In this document: one piece after another, positions 35,176 to 45,385 of the stretch
How positions within the stretch are numbered: the first letter of the stretch is position 1
Layout: each line of letters starts with the position of its first letter
Source: Rebecca billardiae RCC1528
Taxonomy: Eukaryota; Protista; Haptophyta
DNA: 64,000 nt
Direction: 5' to 3'
NCBI GenBank assembly: GCA_965240325.2
Contig: OZ251222.1
Coordinates: 248,001 to 312,000, forward strand
Translations under genes and position numbers: made by a program
Notes under the pieces: generated by a model
Databases searched by the model: none
What the model was told of the DNA's origin: nothing
Seen by the model: only the letters and a program-made list of their open reading frames with translations

Positions 35176-35494
35176 GGAGGCGGAGCGACGAGCCGTTCGA
35201 GCGGCTCGCCAGTGCGATGGCACAGCGACGCGCGACGGCCACCCGAAGCTGGCGCGCCACTCCCGGATCCGGCGTCAGCAGGTCGCACTCGCACCGACGG
35301 CGCGCCGGTCCGACCCGGGCAGCGGCGTCGGTGGCGGTCGGACGGCCAGTGAACGCTGTGACCGGCCACCGTGCGCCGTTGATCTGTGTCTGTGCCTGAT
35401 CAACATGTCAGCTGACCGAGTATTGCTGTATGACGACTGCAAATGGTCGTCCTAACACTAACTAGTACCAGGCTCCTGGAACGTCCTGCCGGCA

Positions 35495-36136
35495 GTGTCA
35501 AGCCGGCCAAGGCACGGGCCCGTGGACGGCTATCAGTATCGGCGGCGACGACCCGGGCTTTCCGTCTCTTCCGAGTCTTCGCTGGTAGCGAGCGAGGTTC
35601 CGGCAAACTTATTCACTTTCCGAGGGGAAAAGACGACGAAAGTCAAAAGTTATATTGACGACGATGAAAGTTCCGCGCTCGCCGCGCAGGGCTCGGGTAC
35701 TGGAGTGCAGGCTGCAAACGGCGAGCAGCAGCACTCTCAGAAGCGGAAGAAGAAGCCTCGGCGCGGGAAGCGCGGGCCTCGGCGTGACGCGCAAGGCAGG
35801 CGGATTCGATCTCCATCGAGCCGCCGCACCTCGTCGCGGCGCGCCGTCGAGAAACGCCAGGAGCGCAAGGCGGCGCGGCTGGCGGCCTCTCTGCCCGCAG
35901 CACCTGCGCCTGCTCCAGCTGCTGTCCCCCACGCGGACCGAGACTCGTCCATGGACGACGACTCGGACGACGAGGATGCGCAGCAGTCGGGGGCAAAGCG
36001 TACCCTGCACGCCGCAGCAGCGCCAGCCGCCGCCAGCAAGCCAGCTGAGCAGAGCGGCAAGCGCGCACGCGGCCGCGCAGGGCACACGGGGACGACTACA
36101 TCACCGCCGGATCACCCGCCAGGGCCCAGCGGCTGA
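35495..36136 (+). other. ATG-poor basic/disordered ORF, possibly a gene or retroelement ORF1 fragment
   Basis: Open 213-codon frame with NLS-like KRKKKPRRGKRG and an acidic patch, but no ATG near the 5' end. Confidence 0.3.
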
Positions 36137-36754
36137 GACGGCCGTCTGACATCCGGACCTGCACCCTCGCCCTCGCTCGGGGCACAGCAGGTCCATGCGA
36201 GCCGCGCAGCGCAGGTGGATCGCGCTCCAGCAGCTCAAGGCCGCGCTCAAGCCATTCGATCGCGGTTCAGGCTATGCTCTGCCACCAGCGCCGACTTCGT
36301 GTCGACGATCGGGCACTGCCGACGACGAATCAGGAGACCTGCGCCGTCCTACCTGTGTCGTTAAATCATAGAATGGGTCAGGCACCCGCAGCGATCTACG
36401 ATGGCCGCTGTCACGTCGGGGGCCGTCGTCAGCCGCTTGACTTCTCCACTGGCCTGACTAGGTGGCCCGCCGGAAAGCAACAGAAGGCGGCCTTCACGAT
36501 GACGGCACGAGTAGTTGGAGGTTGGCGGCAAATCCGCCGCGGGCACAGGGAGAATCCGTACCGCATGCACTCGCCTGAGCTGCCCGGTGTCGGTTGCGAC
36601 GGGCCGCCGCGCTGGGCCCGCGCGGCGCAGACAGCCGGCGACGCGCGGCGGCGGCGGCGCGGCACGGATCATCGGTTCCGATGGACAGTCAGGCCGATGC
36701 GGAGGCGGTCAAGGCTCGGTCGGTGGAGGGCGCCACCAGTAGCGGTACAGGCGC

Positions 36755-38170
36755 TCAGACGAATGAGAAGGGGACGAAGATGAGCGTCTCCTCGCCGTTG
36801 TCAGCGCGAGGGAACTCGGCAGCGCTGAGCTTCTTCTCCACGGCTGCGATCACCTCGGCGCGCAGCTTGGCCTCCGCAGCCGCCACGCCCTGGGCGGAAT
36901 CGCCTGCATCCGAGCCGACCAGCTCGGCGCGATCGGGCACGAGCGTGTCGGCGAGCACGCGCACGTCCTCCACTGCACCCGTGCTGCCACTCACGCGCAT
37001 GCGCATGTGCAGCACGCCGAGCATCCGCGCGCACTCGCCCGAGAGCTCCTCGTAGAGCGGCTCGAGCGCCTTGTCGAGCGCCGGCCCCGCCTGCTCGTCC
37101 GACAGCCCGCCTCGGAACGAGACCGACTCGGACGCGGTGAACCAGCCGTGGAGCACGAGCCGCGCCTGCGCCGGGTCACGCGTGCCGCGCACCTCGCGCA
37201 CGCCGTGCGGGATGCGCGGGTCAAAGACGGTGAGCCGGTTGAAGTGCGGCTCGATCTCGTCGAAGATCGTCGACTCCTCCAGCGACTCGCCTGGCTCGAA
37301 GGCGCGCCAGAAGTCGAGCACCGCGCGCGAGAGCAGCATCGTCTCGCCGCCCTCGAACTGGCGCTCTTCCCACTCGGTGAGGCTGAGCACGAACGCGAAT
37401 GGGCCGTGCCACGCGTCCGTGTGCAGCCCCTGCGAGTGCCCGTCCACGTAGTAGGAGAGCCACGGGGGGCTGATGCCGTCGCAGCCGAGCTCCTCCTGCG
37501 CGAACGCCGTGAGCGCCTCGCACAGCTGCGCGTACGCCTCCTCGCTGAAGTACTGCTCGGCGGGCGTGCGCATCAGGTTGTACTGCCCATACACGAACCA
37601 GTGGTTCCAGCAGAAGTTGCCCGACTCGGTGTTGCGCGGGTCGGCGAAGCGCTCCTCAAACACCTCGCGCAGCGAGCGCGCCTGCTCCGCGGGTAGGAAC
37701 TCGTCCTTGACGACCACGTGCTGCCCAACGCTCCCCTCCACGGGAAGGTCGTCGCTCTCGGTGGTGGGAGGCTCATCCTCCTCGCTGGTGCTCGAGACCG
37801 CCCCCTCGCCGCTGTCCGAGTCCGTTCCCGCGTCGTCGCTCGCGGCGGCACTCACGACGGCGGGCGGGTCGTCCGACGCCCCGGTCGCAGCCGAGGTCGA
37901 GGCTGTGTCGTCCGTGGCCTCGGTCGTAGCCGACGTCGAGGAGGTGTCGTCCGACGCCCCAGTCGCAGCCGACGTCGAGGAGGTGTCCTCAGACCCGAAC
38001 GTCGACGAGGGTGAGCTCGCACTCGCGTCCCCAAAGGTCGACGAGGCGCGCACGGCTACACGTGAGCGCGATGCGACGCCGGCGATCGGCACGCGCGAGG
38101 CTGGCCCCCACCCGGCCGCCACGGCCGCGAGCGCGGCGAGCAGCGCCGCTTGCAGCCAGCCACGCCCCAT
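36755..38170 (-). CDS. 2OG-Fe(II) oxygenase (prolyl-4-hydroxylase-like) with signal/transit peptide
   Basis: HxD (LHTD), FAFVLSL, FEGGET, distal His (IPHGV) and RLVLHGWF. Hydrophobic leader followed by RVAVRA. Confidence 0.8.
   Translation of the reverse strand: MGRGWLQAALLAALAAVAAGWGPASRVPIAGVASRSRVAVRASSTFGDASASSPSSTFGSEDTSSTSAATGASDDTSSTSATTEATDDTASTSAATGASDDPPAVVSAAASDDAGTDSDSGEGAVSSTSEEDEPPTTESDDLPVEGSVGQHVVVKDEFLPAEQARSLREVFEERFADPRNTESGNFCWNHWFVYGQYNLMRTPAEQYFSEEAYAQLCEALTAFAQEELGCDGISPPWLSYYVDGHSQGLHTDAWHGPFAFVLSLTEWEERQFEGGETMLLSRAVLDFWRAFEPGESLEESTIFDEIEPHFNRLTVFDPRIPHGVREVRGTRDPAQARLVLHGWFTASESVSFRGGLSDEQAGPALDKALEPLYEELSGECARMLGVLHMRMRVSGSTGAVEDVRVLADTLVPDRAELVGSDAGDSAQGVAAAEAKLRAEVIAAVEKKLSAAEFPRADNGEETLIFVPFSFV
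37868..37990 (-). repeat. Coding tandem repeat (~39-bp unit, DTSSTSAATGASD-like, about 3 copies)
   Basis: Repeated gtcgcagccgacgtcgaggaggtgtc-like units in the linker of the 2OG oxygenase. Confidence 0.7.
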
Positions 38171-38531
38171 CGGTGCCTAAGTAGAACGCGTTGGCGCGTT
38201 GCGGTTGCCGCCCGACCGCCGACGCGCCAGCGCCCGGTGGAATTTGAATTTAGCAAGTGATGATGGCATGATGCCCGGTGCGGCGGCGGCGCCTTGATCC
38301 GTCATCAACTCATCATCGTTGATGTCCGATTGCCGGCCGACTCGTCGAAAAAGAAAAGCAGCCTTTTTGCCTTTTTCTGATTTTCTCGCCACGCGCCCCC
38401 GCCCGCCAAATCGCGGATTCGCGGACGACAGACATCGTGGCGACGACCGCCCTCGTCTGTGTCGCGCGGCGAGGGGGCGCCGGCCGCGAGGCAGGGGACT
38501 GGACGGCTGCAGGCAGTGAGGGGAGATTCAG

Positions 38532-40170
38532 ATGGCCGCCCCATCGCCGCGCCCGGCCCACCCGGGCGGCGCGGTGCCAGCCGCGCACGGCAGCTCGCTT
38601 TCTCTCAAGGGTGCGCGTCTCAGCGGGCGCAACGCTGCGACGGCTGCGCGCGGCGCGCATCGCTGCGCCCGTTGCGGCTCGTCTGACCGTGCGCGTGGCG
38701 CCGCGCGCCGCGCGAACCGCAGTGATGCGACTCTGCAAGCCGTCGTTCTCGACCGAACTGCCCCTGCCCAACGATCCGGTGGCGCTGGGCGCGCGCACGC
38801 CGGGTGGCGCGAGTTCTGTCTCCGCGGCCGCGAGCCTCCCGCTCGCCACCTCCGCGTCGCTCACCCTCCCGCAGTCGTTCGGCAACATCTACCTCGGCGA
38901 GACGTTCTGCGCGTACGTCTCCGTGTGCAACCAGGCGGCCCACCTGCTCAACGGCCTCGGCCTGAAGGTGGAGGTGCAGACATCGAGCCAGCGCCAGCTG
39001 CTGCTCAACAACGCGCCGACCGGTCCGAGCGCGACGCTTGCGCCCGCCGGGCGCGCCGACGTGATCGTGCGGTACGAGCTGCGTGAGGTGGGCATCCACA
39101 TCCTGATCTGCTCGGCCTCGTACGTCGACGCCGACGGCGAGGCGCGCAACCTGCGCAAGTTCTTCAAGTTCCAGGTGCAGAACCCGCTTTCGATGAAGTC
39201 CAAGTCACACACACTCTCGGCCGGCACGCCAGACGAGGCGGTGATTGTCGAGACGCAGGTGCAGAACGCGACCGCGGGCGCGCTCCACCTGACCAGCGTG
39301 CGCTTCAGCCCCGCGCCCGGCCTCGCCGTGGACGACCTCAACCGGCTCGGCGAGAGCGTCGACCAGCTCGCGCGGCTCAAGCCGGGCGACGTGCAGCAGT
39401 ACATGTACCGGCTGCGCTGCGCGCCGTCTGCCTCGGCGGCCGCGCTCGCCGCCGCCGCCGCGCTCGGCCGCATGGAGGTGCACTGGCGCGGCCCGATGGG
39501 CGAGGGCGGACACTTGCAGAGCAACACCGTGCAGCGCCGCCAGCAGCCGCCGCGCGCGCTCGAGGTGACGCTTCTCGCCGTCGAGCTGCTCAGCGATGCG
39601 TCCGGCGACGCCGAGGCGGCCGAGACGCCCGAGGCGGCGGCCGGGCTGGCAGGCTGCCTCGCCGTGGCGTGCGAGACGCCGTTCGTGCTGCGCTGCCGCG
39701 TGACCAACCGGTCAGAGCGCGAGCAGGAGCTGAGCGTGAGCTGGGCGCAGCCATCCCCGCCTCCGCAGCAGCCTGGCGCGGCGCCGCCGGCCGTCGGTGC
39801 GGCCGCAGCCCCGCCGCCGCCGGCGAGCGTGCCTGCCGACCCGCGCGGCTCCGCGGTGCCTGAGCTCGTGTACACGGGCGTGATCGGCGCTGAGGTCGGC
39901 GTGCTGGCGCCCGGCGCCTCCACTGAGCTGCGGCTCGAGCTCGTGGCACTCGCGCCGGGCCTGCACAAGCTGAGCGGCCTCGTGCTCGTCGACCGGAGGG
40001 CGAATGTCTCGCATGAGGCGGGCGCCATCGGAGAGATCCTCGTGTTGAGCGGAGGCACCGCCGACCTCCCCGGTGGCGGGCACGTCTCGGCGGCGGCTGC
40101 AATGGCAGGAGATGTCCCGGACGCTGCTGCCAGCGGTGCCGGTGTGCCGCGGCTCGGTGTTGCGGCATGA
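38532..40170 (+). CDS. TRAPPC13: Trafficking protein particle complex subunit 13, join(38532..38610,38723..40170)
   Basis: The intron at 38611-38722 creates the conserved LSLKVMRLCKP. Also LPQSFGNIYLGETF, RKFFKFQVQNPL and WRGPMGEGGHLQS. Confidence 0.92.
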
Positions 40171-40593
40171 TGCCGCTATATTATGCCAGGCGCCGCGCGG
40201 CCCCGGCCGCGACAGCTACTACGACGATCTGGATGGAGCTAGTGGATTGAGAACAATGCCGATGGGCTCCGGCTTCGGTCCACCCCCCCCAGTCCGGTCA
40301 GTGGAGCGTTACATCTTGACACTGCAATCGGCGGGATCGCCGCCTCTGATGATGATCTACAATAGCTCCTAGCCCACCCCATCAGGCGGTCCGCCTCGGA
40401 CGCCATATAATCGGGCCAGATGCGGATCATCGCGTCCTATAAGCCACACCTGGCCAATAGGCGGTTCAGACTCTATTTTCTGTAACTAGATACCCAGTCC
40501 GGGTATCATTTTCGCATATGCATGCAGGTATCCGGAACGCTCCCGCACTGTGCTGAAATCTGAGTAAGGGACGGGTAATTGCATAGTAAAAAT

Positions 40594-41052
40594 GGCTCTG
40601 GCTCCGGTTGACCCCTGCCAGTCCGGTCATAGAAACCGGGCGTACCGAAAATGATCTTCGCATTCCTGCGGCCGAATGAACGCCCGAAGTGTCCCACAGG
40701 GCCCCAAGTAGGGTTGCTATGGATGGCCAATAAGTGCCCAGGGAGTGAAACTCAGTTTATGACTACTTCAGACTCTATTTTTCATAGCTATTTACCCAAT
40801 CCGGTGATACATTTCAAATAGCTACGGGTGCATCCGGATCGCTCCCGGACCGTGTTCTGACCAGAGTCTGAAATGGGTAAATACATAGTAAAAATAGAGT
40901 CTGAACTATGGAGGAAGTGCTTGTTGGCCCAATATCGCTCTGAAGTCATCATCTAGGCATCCATTGAGGTCCTCCTGTGCAGTTTTCACGAGTGACTTCA
41001 TGAAGGAGCTCACAGTGCCCGTCTCTGGCAGGGGTCAACCGAAGCCAGAGCC
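40594..41052. mobile_element. MITE-like element T, copy 1 (459 bp, 28-bp TIRs, apparent AAAT target-site duplication)
   Basis: TIR GGCTCTGGCTCCGGTTGACCCCTGCCAG / CTGGCAGGGGTCAACCGAAGCCAGAGCC with one mismatch. AAAT at 40590-93 and 41053-56. No coding capacity. Confidence 0.85.
40766..40906. mobile_element. MITE-like element M (141 bp, ~33-bp imperfect TIRs, TA flanks) inside T
   Basis: ttcagactctatttttcatagctatttaccca ... tgggtaaatacatagtaaaaatagagtctgaac, with TA on both sides. A second copy at 41597-41749 is also TA-flanked. Confidence 0.8.
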
Positions 41053-41416
41053 AAATAGAGTCTGAACCTATTGGGAGGTGGTCGGATGCGACATTTCTCG
41101 TTGAAGTCATCAATCGGGGGTCGGAAGGGACTCTGCTGCATGGTCCGCTTGGTTGACTTCGGCTCGGGGCCAAGACGTAACGGAGCTGGGGGGGGGGGTG
41201 GACCGGAGCCGGAGCCGATGAGTGATGCCGGCGTGAGTAGACGTGATTCGTCGGCTGATTCGCGTGGCGGCATCATCGCCGTGACGTCGTCGTTGTTGAT
41301 GATGGCTCAGCCTCATCCTGGCTCAGACGTCACTGGCAGGCACACCGTGGTATATCATATACTCGGATAGCACTTAGCAGTAGTCGTCGTCGTGACGATG
41401 CGGCCGATGGCTACTC

Positions 41417-41961
41417 GGCTCTGGCTTCGTTCGACCCCTGCCAGAGACGGGCACTGTGAGCTCCTTCATGAAGTCACTCGTGAAATAAACTGCACAGGAG
41501 GACCTCAATGACAATGGATGCCTAGCTAGATGATGACTTCAGACGAGCGATAGTCCGGGGCCAACAAGCACTACTTATAATTATAATTCCTCTATAGTTC
41601 AGACTCTATTTTACTATGTATTTACGACCCATTTCGGACTCTGGTCAGAACACGGTCCGGGAGCGATCCGGATGCATACGTACTACGTAGCTATTGGAAA
41701 TATGTCACTCGGACTGGGTAAATAGCTATGCGGAAAATAGAGTCTGAACTAGTCACAAACTCGGATGTTCACACCCTGGGCCACTTATTGGCCATCCATA
41801 GCAACCCCACTTCGCACTTGGGGGCCCTGTGGCGGACACTTCGGGCGCTCATTCGGCCGCGCGCAGGAATGCGATGATCATTTTCGGTACGCCCGGTTTC
41901 TAAATTCTATGACCGGACTCGGGGCAGGGGTCCGCAACCGGAGCCGCAGGCCCAGAGCGCC
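41417..41961. mobile_element. MITE-like element T, copy 2 (inverted, expanded by many micro-insertions)
   Basis: Colinear reverse complement of 40594-41052 along its whole length, including the nested M. Confidence 0.88.
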
Positions 41962-42161
41962 GCACTCGGTCTGTCGAGACTGATGCAGTGATAACTCATG
42001 ACGATCACTACTATATATATATATATATATATATTATAATATATAGCATTGATGATACCGTCTGAATCGGCGAGGCTGGCAGCAGTCTCATCAAGCAGTC
42101 TCTGAGTCGACAGTCGTCATCGATAATTAATCGGCCGATATAAGACGACATCGTCCGACTG

Positions 42162-45100
42162 TCACTGTTCAGCGCAGCTACGACACATGATTCGTCGGTG
42201 TCGGCCCAGCAGGCCAGCTCTCCCGCCGGCAGCGTCACCGGCGTCGCCGGGCTCGGCCTCGGCGGACGGAGCCTGTGCGCAGCGCGCCTCGTCGCGCTCG
42301 GCCATATATGCCTGGACTCCTGGAGGCGCGCCCCGCTGCCGGAGGGCGCGCCACTCGCCCGGCGTGCGCAAGCCGTCGGTCAGCTGCGCCAGCGGCACCC
42401 GCACCGCCGCCATCGTGCAGTCGTTCACACCGTACCCGAGCATCAGCTCATACTGAGGCGGTGCTGAGGCGGTGGGCGCCGACGTGGAGGCGGAGCCGGC
42501 GGCGGCACTGCCATCGGCGGGGCCGCGGCTGCTGTCGGGCCGACCGGCCTCGGGTGTGCCCGCCCCGCGTGCGCCGGCGTCGGGTGCGGCTGGCAGCAGC
42601 TGCAGCGAGAGCACGCGCTGGATGGTCTCGCACTCAGCGCTCTGCGCCAAGGAGGCCGCGCCCGTCTGCGGCGCTGCGCTCCACGGCCTCGCCGCCGCCG
42701 AGCGCAGCGCGGGCAGGCACCACTCCGGCCCCACGCGGCGCAGCGCGAACGGCGGGCGCGCGTCCACCGTGAAGGCGAGGTGCGTGTAGTGGTGGCCATC
42801 CTTGGCCCAGCTGCGGCCCAGCTGCGCGCGCGCAAGCGCGGAGAGATTGGCGGCGCGCTGCTCGCCGCCACCAACCTCGCCGGCACCGTCAGCGCCCTCG
42901 CCGCCGAGCGCTGCGGCGGGTGGCGGCTGTGCCGCCAGTGTGGGCGAGGGCCGGTCCAGCCGGCCGACGCAGAGCAGCTCCTCGCCACCAGGCAGCGGCA
43001 CCGGGCCGGCGGACAGGCGCACGCGCGACGACCACGCCGCGGGCAGCGACGCCCACGCGCGCGCCGCGCCGTCGAGCCGTGCCGCGCCCTCGGCGCTCAG
43101 GCCCGCACCGCCGCCGCCGCCGCCGCCCGGCGCGCCGCCCGGCGCCAGCGGCACGAGTGGCAGCGCGCGCTCGGGCAGCAGGCTGGCCAAGCGCAGCTCG
43201 GCGCGGCCTGGGTGCCGCCGGACGCGCGCGTCGACGCGCACGGCGAGCGGCGCCGGCGCCAGCGTCCACAGCAGGTGCAGCGCGCCGCCGTGCCAGAAGG
43301 GCAGCTGGTGGCGCTCGCTGAGCCCGCTGGACAGTCCGGTGCCCCGGGCCACGGCCGCAGAGACGTTCAGGTACCCGCCGCGCGTGTCGGCGAGCAGGCG
43401 CGCGCGCAGCGCGCACGCGGAGCCGTCGGCGGCCAGCGGCGCGTCCTTGACGCACTCCAGACCCAGCGGCGCCACGGACACCACCGCCGTCTGCTCGGCG
43501 CTCCCCCACGGCCCGCTCTGCCGCAGGCCGCACGTGCACGCGCCCCACAGCCCGCCGCCGCCGCCGCCGCCGCCGTCGGCGTCGGGCTCGCGGAAGAGGC
43601 GGCACTCCTTGAGAGAACGGCAGCGGCGCGGCAGCAGCACTGGCCCGCGCGCCAGCTCCACCAGCGACGCGTCGAGCAGCGCGACGGCGCACGCGTCCGT
43701 CTTGCCGAGCTGCGAGGCGGGGCCGCGCGCCGCCCAGCCCGCGTGCCGCGGCGCGCGCAGCGTGCCGCCCGCGCGCGCACACTGGCCCTCGCTCGACGTG
43801 AAGAGAGACACGAACGCCGCGGTGGGCACGCCGAGCGCGGCCGCCTCCTCCAGCCGCAGCGACGCGTAAGCGGCGTTCCAGCCGTCGAAGCGCGGCGTGG
43901 GCTCGGCCGGGCCCGCCGACGTGCGCAGCACGAGCGGCGCGCGGCACGGCGGGCCGCCGCCGGCACCACCGCCACCGCCGCCGCCCGGCTCGTCGCCGGC
44001 GTTGCTGCCGGCCGCGCCTGGCCGCGCGCCGGGCTCACACAGGGCGAGCGGCGGGCACAGCGCGAGCTCGCCCGCCTCGAGTGGGCCCACGCCGTACAGG
44101 GACGAGTCTTTGGGTGGCGGGGACGAGGGAGGCGATGCGCGTTGCTTCGAGGCACCGTCACCCTGGGCTTTCTCCGCTGTGGCCTCGGTCTTGTTCGCCG
44201 TAGCCTCGGTCGCGCTCGCCGTGGCGTTCACTGTGCCGCGGTGCGCCTTTTGACGCGCCGCCGCTTGGCCGCGCGGGGGCGTGCAGTGGTGGTCGATCAG
44301 GCACGTGCGGCCGGTCCACGCCTGCAGCATCGGCGTACAGCAGTCCCACGGGAACGGGGAGCCGTACGTCTTCTTAAATGCCCTCTCCTGCTTTGCGCTC
44401 GTGGGTCTCATCTCCTTGCAGTTGAACGCGCCGCCCAGCGCGAGCACGCGCGCGCCCGTCGCGCGGAGCGAGCGCCACAGCGGCGGCTGGTCCATCACCT
44501 CGATGGCGGACGAGGTCGGGCCGCACCGGCTCTTGGCGTACGGGAAGCTCAGCCCCTCCGTGCACGGCGCGCTCGCGAACGAGCGCACCGCGCCCTCGTA
44601 CTCCTCCGCCCAGCGCGCCCACAGCCGGTCTGTTCTTGGCGTGCGCCGCCAGAACAGGACGCCACCGTTCACGCGCACGTCGGCGAGGCAGCCGGCAAAG
44701 GAGGGCTTTTCGCCGTCGGGGGTATGGCAGCCGAAGCCGTAGCCCGCAACGTCGTACGCGCCGCCGAGCATCGCCTCGACCGCGAGCAGCACCGCGCGCG
44801 CGTTGCCGCAGAAGTGCGTGTCCGTGTCCACAAAGAGAGAGAAGTCGTACGGCGAGCGCATGATCGCAGCGATCTTGTGCCGGCGCTCGCCGAGGAGCGT
44901 GCGGTTGGGCAGCAGCGAGAGGGGCTCAGGGACGTGGCCCGACAGCACGGCGAGCTCCACGCCGCGCCACGCCGCTGTCCGGCCCATGCTGTTGAGCACG
45001 TCCACGCCCTCGGCCGACGTGAAGAGCGTCACGGCCACGCCCGCCTTGCGCGCTTCGAGCGCGGCGGCGAACGCCTTGCGCACGTAGCCCTCTTCGCCGA

Positions 45101-45215
45101 CCGCCGCAAAGACGACTCCATGCGACGTTTTCCGCAGCGCGATCGGGATCGCGCCGCACCGCAGCCAGCACAGCCCGAGCAGCAGCAGCACACCGCGCGA
45201 GTGGTGGGCCAGCAT
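42162..45215 (-). CDS. Secretory-pathway glycosyltransferase: GT-A/DxD domain plus C-terminal beta-propeller-like carbohydrate-active domain
   Basis: Signal/anchor VLLLLGLCWL. KIAAIMRSPYDFSLFVDTDTHFC, VNGGVLFWR and DQPPLWRSL in the first domain. C-terminal YTHLAFTVDARPPF...EWCLP...LMLGYGVNDC. Confidence 0.7.
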   Translation of the reverse strand: MLAHHSRGVLLLLGLCWLRCGAIPIALRKTSHGVVFAAVGEEGYVRKAFAAALEARKAGVAVTLFTSAEGVDVLNSMGRTAAWRGVELAVLSGHVPEPLSLLPNRTLLGERRHKIAAIMRSPYDFSLFVDTDTHFCGNARAVLLAVEAMLGGAYDVAGYGFGCHTPDGEKPSFAGCLADVRVNGGVLFWRRTPRTDRLWARWAEEYEGAVRSFASAPCTEGLSFPYAKSRCGPTSSAIEVMDQPPLWRSLRATGARVLALGGAFNCKEMRPTSAKQERAFKKTYGSPFPWDCCTPMLQAWTGRTCLIDHHCTPPRGQAAARQKAHRGTVNATASATEATANKTEATAEKAQGDGASKQRASPPSSPPPKDSSLYGVGPLEAGELALCPPLALCEPGARPGAAGSNAGDEPGGGGGGGAGGGPPCRAPLVLRTSAGPAEPTPRFDGWNAAYASLRLEEAAALGVPTAAFVSLFTSSEGQCARAGGTLRAPRHAGWAARGPASQLGKTDACAVALLDASLVELARGPVLLPRRCRSLKECRLFREPDADGGGGGGGGLWGACTCGLRQSGPWGSAEQTAVVSVAPLGLECVKDAPLAADGSACALRARLLADTRGGYLNVSAAVARGTGLSSGLSERHQLPFWHGGALHLLWTLAPAPLAVRVDARVRRHPGRAELRLASLLPERALPLVPLAPGGAPGGGGGGGAGLSAEGAARLDGAARAWASLPAAWSSRVRLSAGPVPLPGGEELLCVGRLDRPSPTLAAQPPPAAALGGEGADGAGEVGGGEQRAANLSALARAQLGRSWAKDGHHYTHLAFTVDARPPFALRRVGPEWCLPALRSAAARPWSAAPQTGAASLAQSAECETIQRVLSLQLLPAAPDAGARGAGTPEAGRPDSSRGPADGSAAAGSASTSAPTASAPPQYELMLGYGVNDCTMAAVRVPLAQLTDGLRTPGEWRALRQRGAPPGVQAYMAERDEARCAQAPSAEAEPGDAGDAAGGRAGLLGRHRRIMCRSCAEQ

Positions 45216-45385
45216 CGTTTTCGCGACCAAGCATTTCGTCGATATCAAATCGTCATTACCTCCGTACGTAGTCATCAATTCATTACAGTTAAACTGTACT
45301 AAGAATAAGAGACGCACAGTATCGATCGGCGGAGGGCTCCAGCAAGTATGTACCTCTGCAGCGTTGGGGGGCGCCTGCCTCGGCA

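Larger units (their letters stand above)
40464..41067. mobile_element. MITE-like element M' (TIR GTTCAGACTCTATTTT) interrupted in its right TIR by element T
   Basis: 40464-40593 is homologous to unit M (40766-40906). Its right TIR is split as catagtaaaaat|T|aaatagagtctgaac. Confidence 0.75.
40260..41220. repeat. Outer degenerate inverted repeat enclosing the nested MITEs
   Basis: ggctccggcttcggtccacccccccc...cgttacatcttg (40265-40320) mirrors caagacgtaacg...ggggtggaccggagccggagcc (41171-41216). ccaatagg (40454) mirrors cctattgg (41067). Confidence 0.7.

Noticed and set aside
40464-41961. CRISPR array or integron attC-like interpretation of the recurring GTTCAGACTCTA motif
   Set aside because: The motifs occur as inverted pairs bounding homologous interiors, not as regularly spaced direct repeats with unique spacers. 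There is no cas gene or integrase, and the context is eukaryotic.
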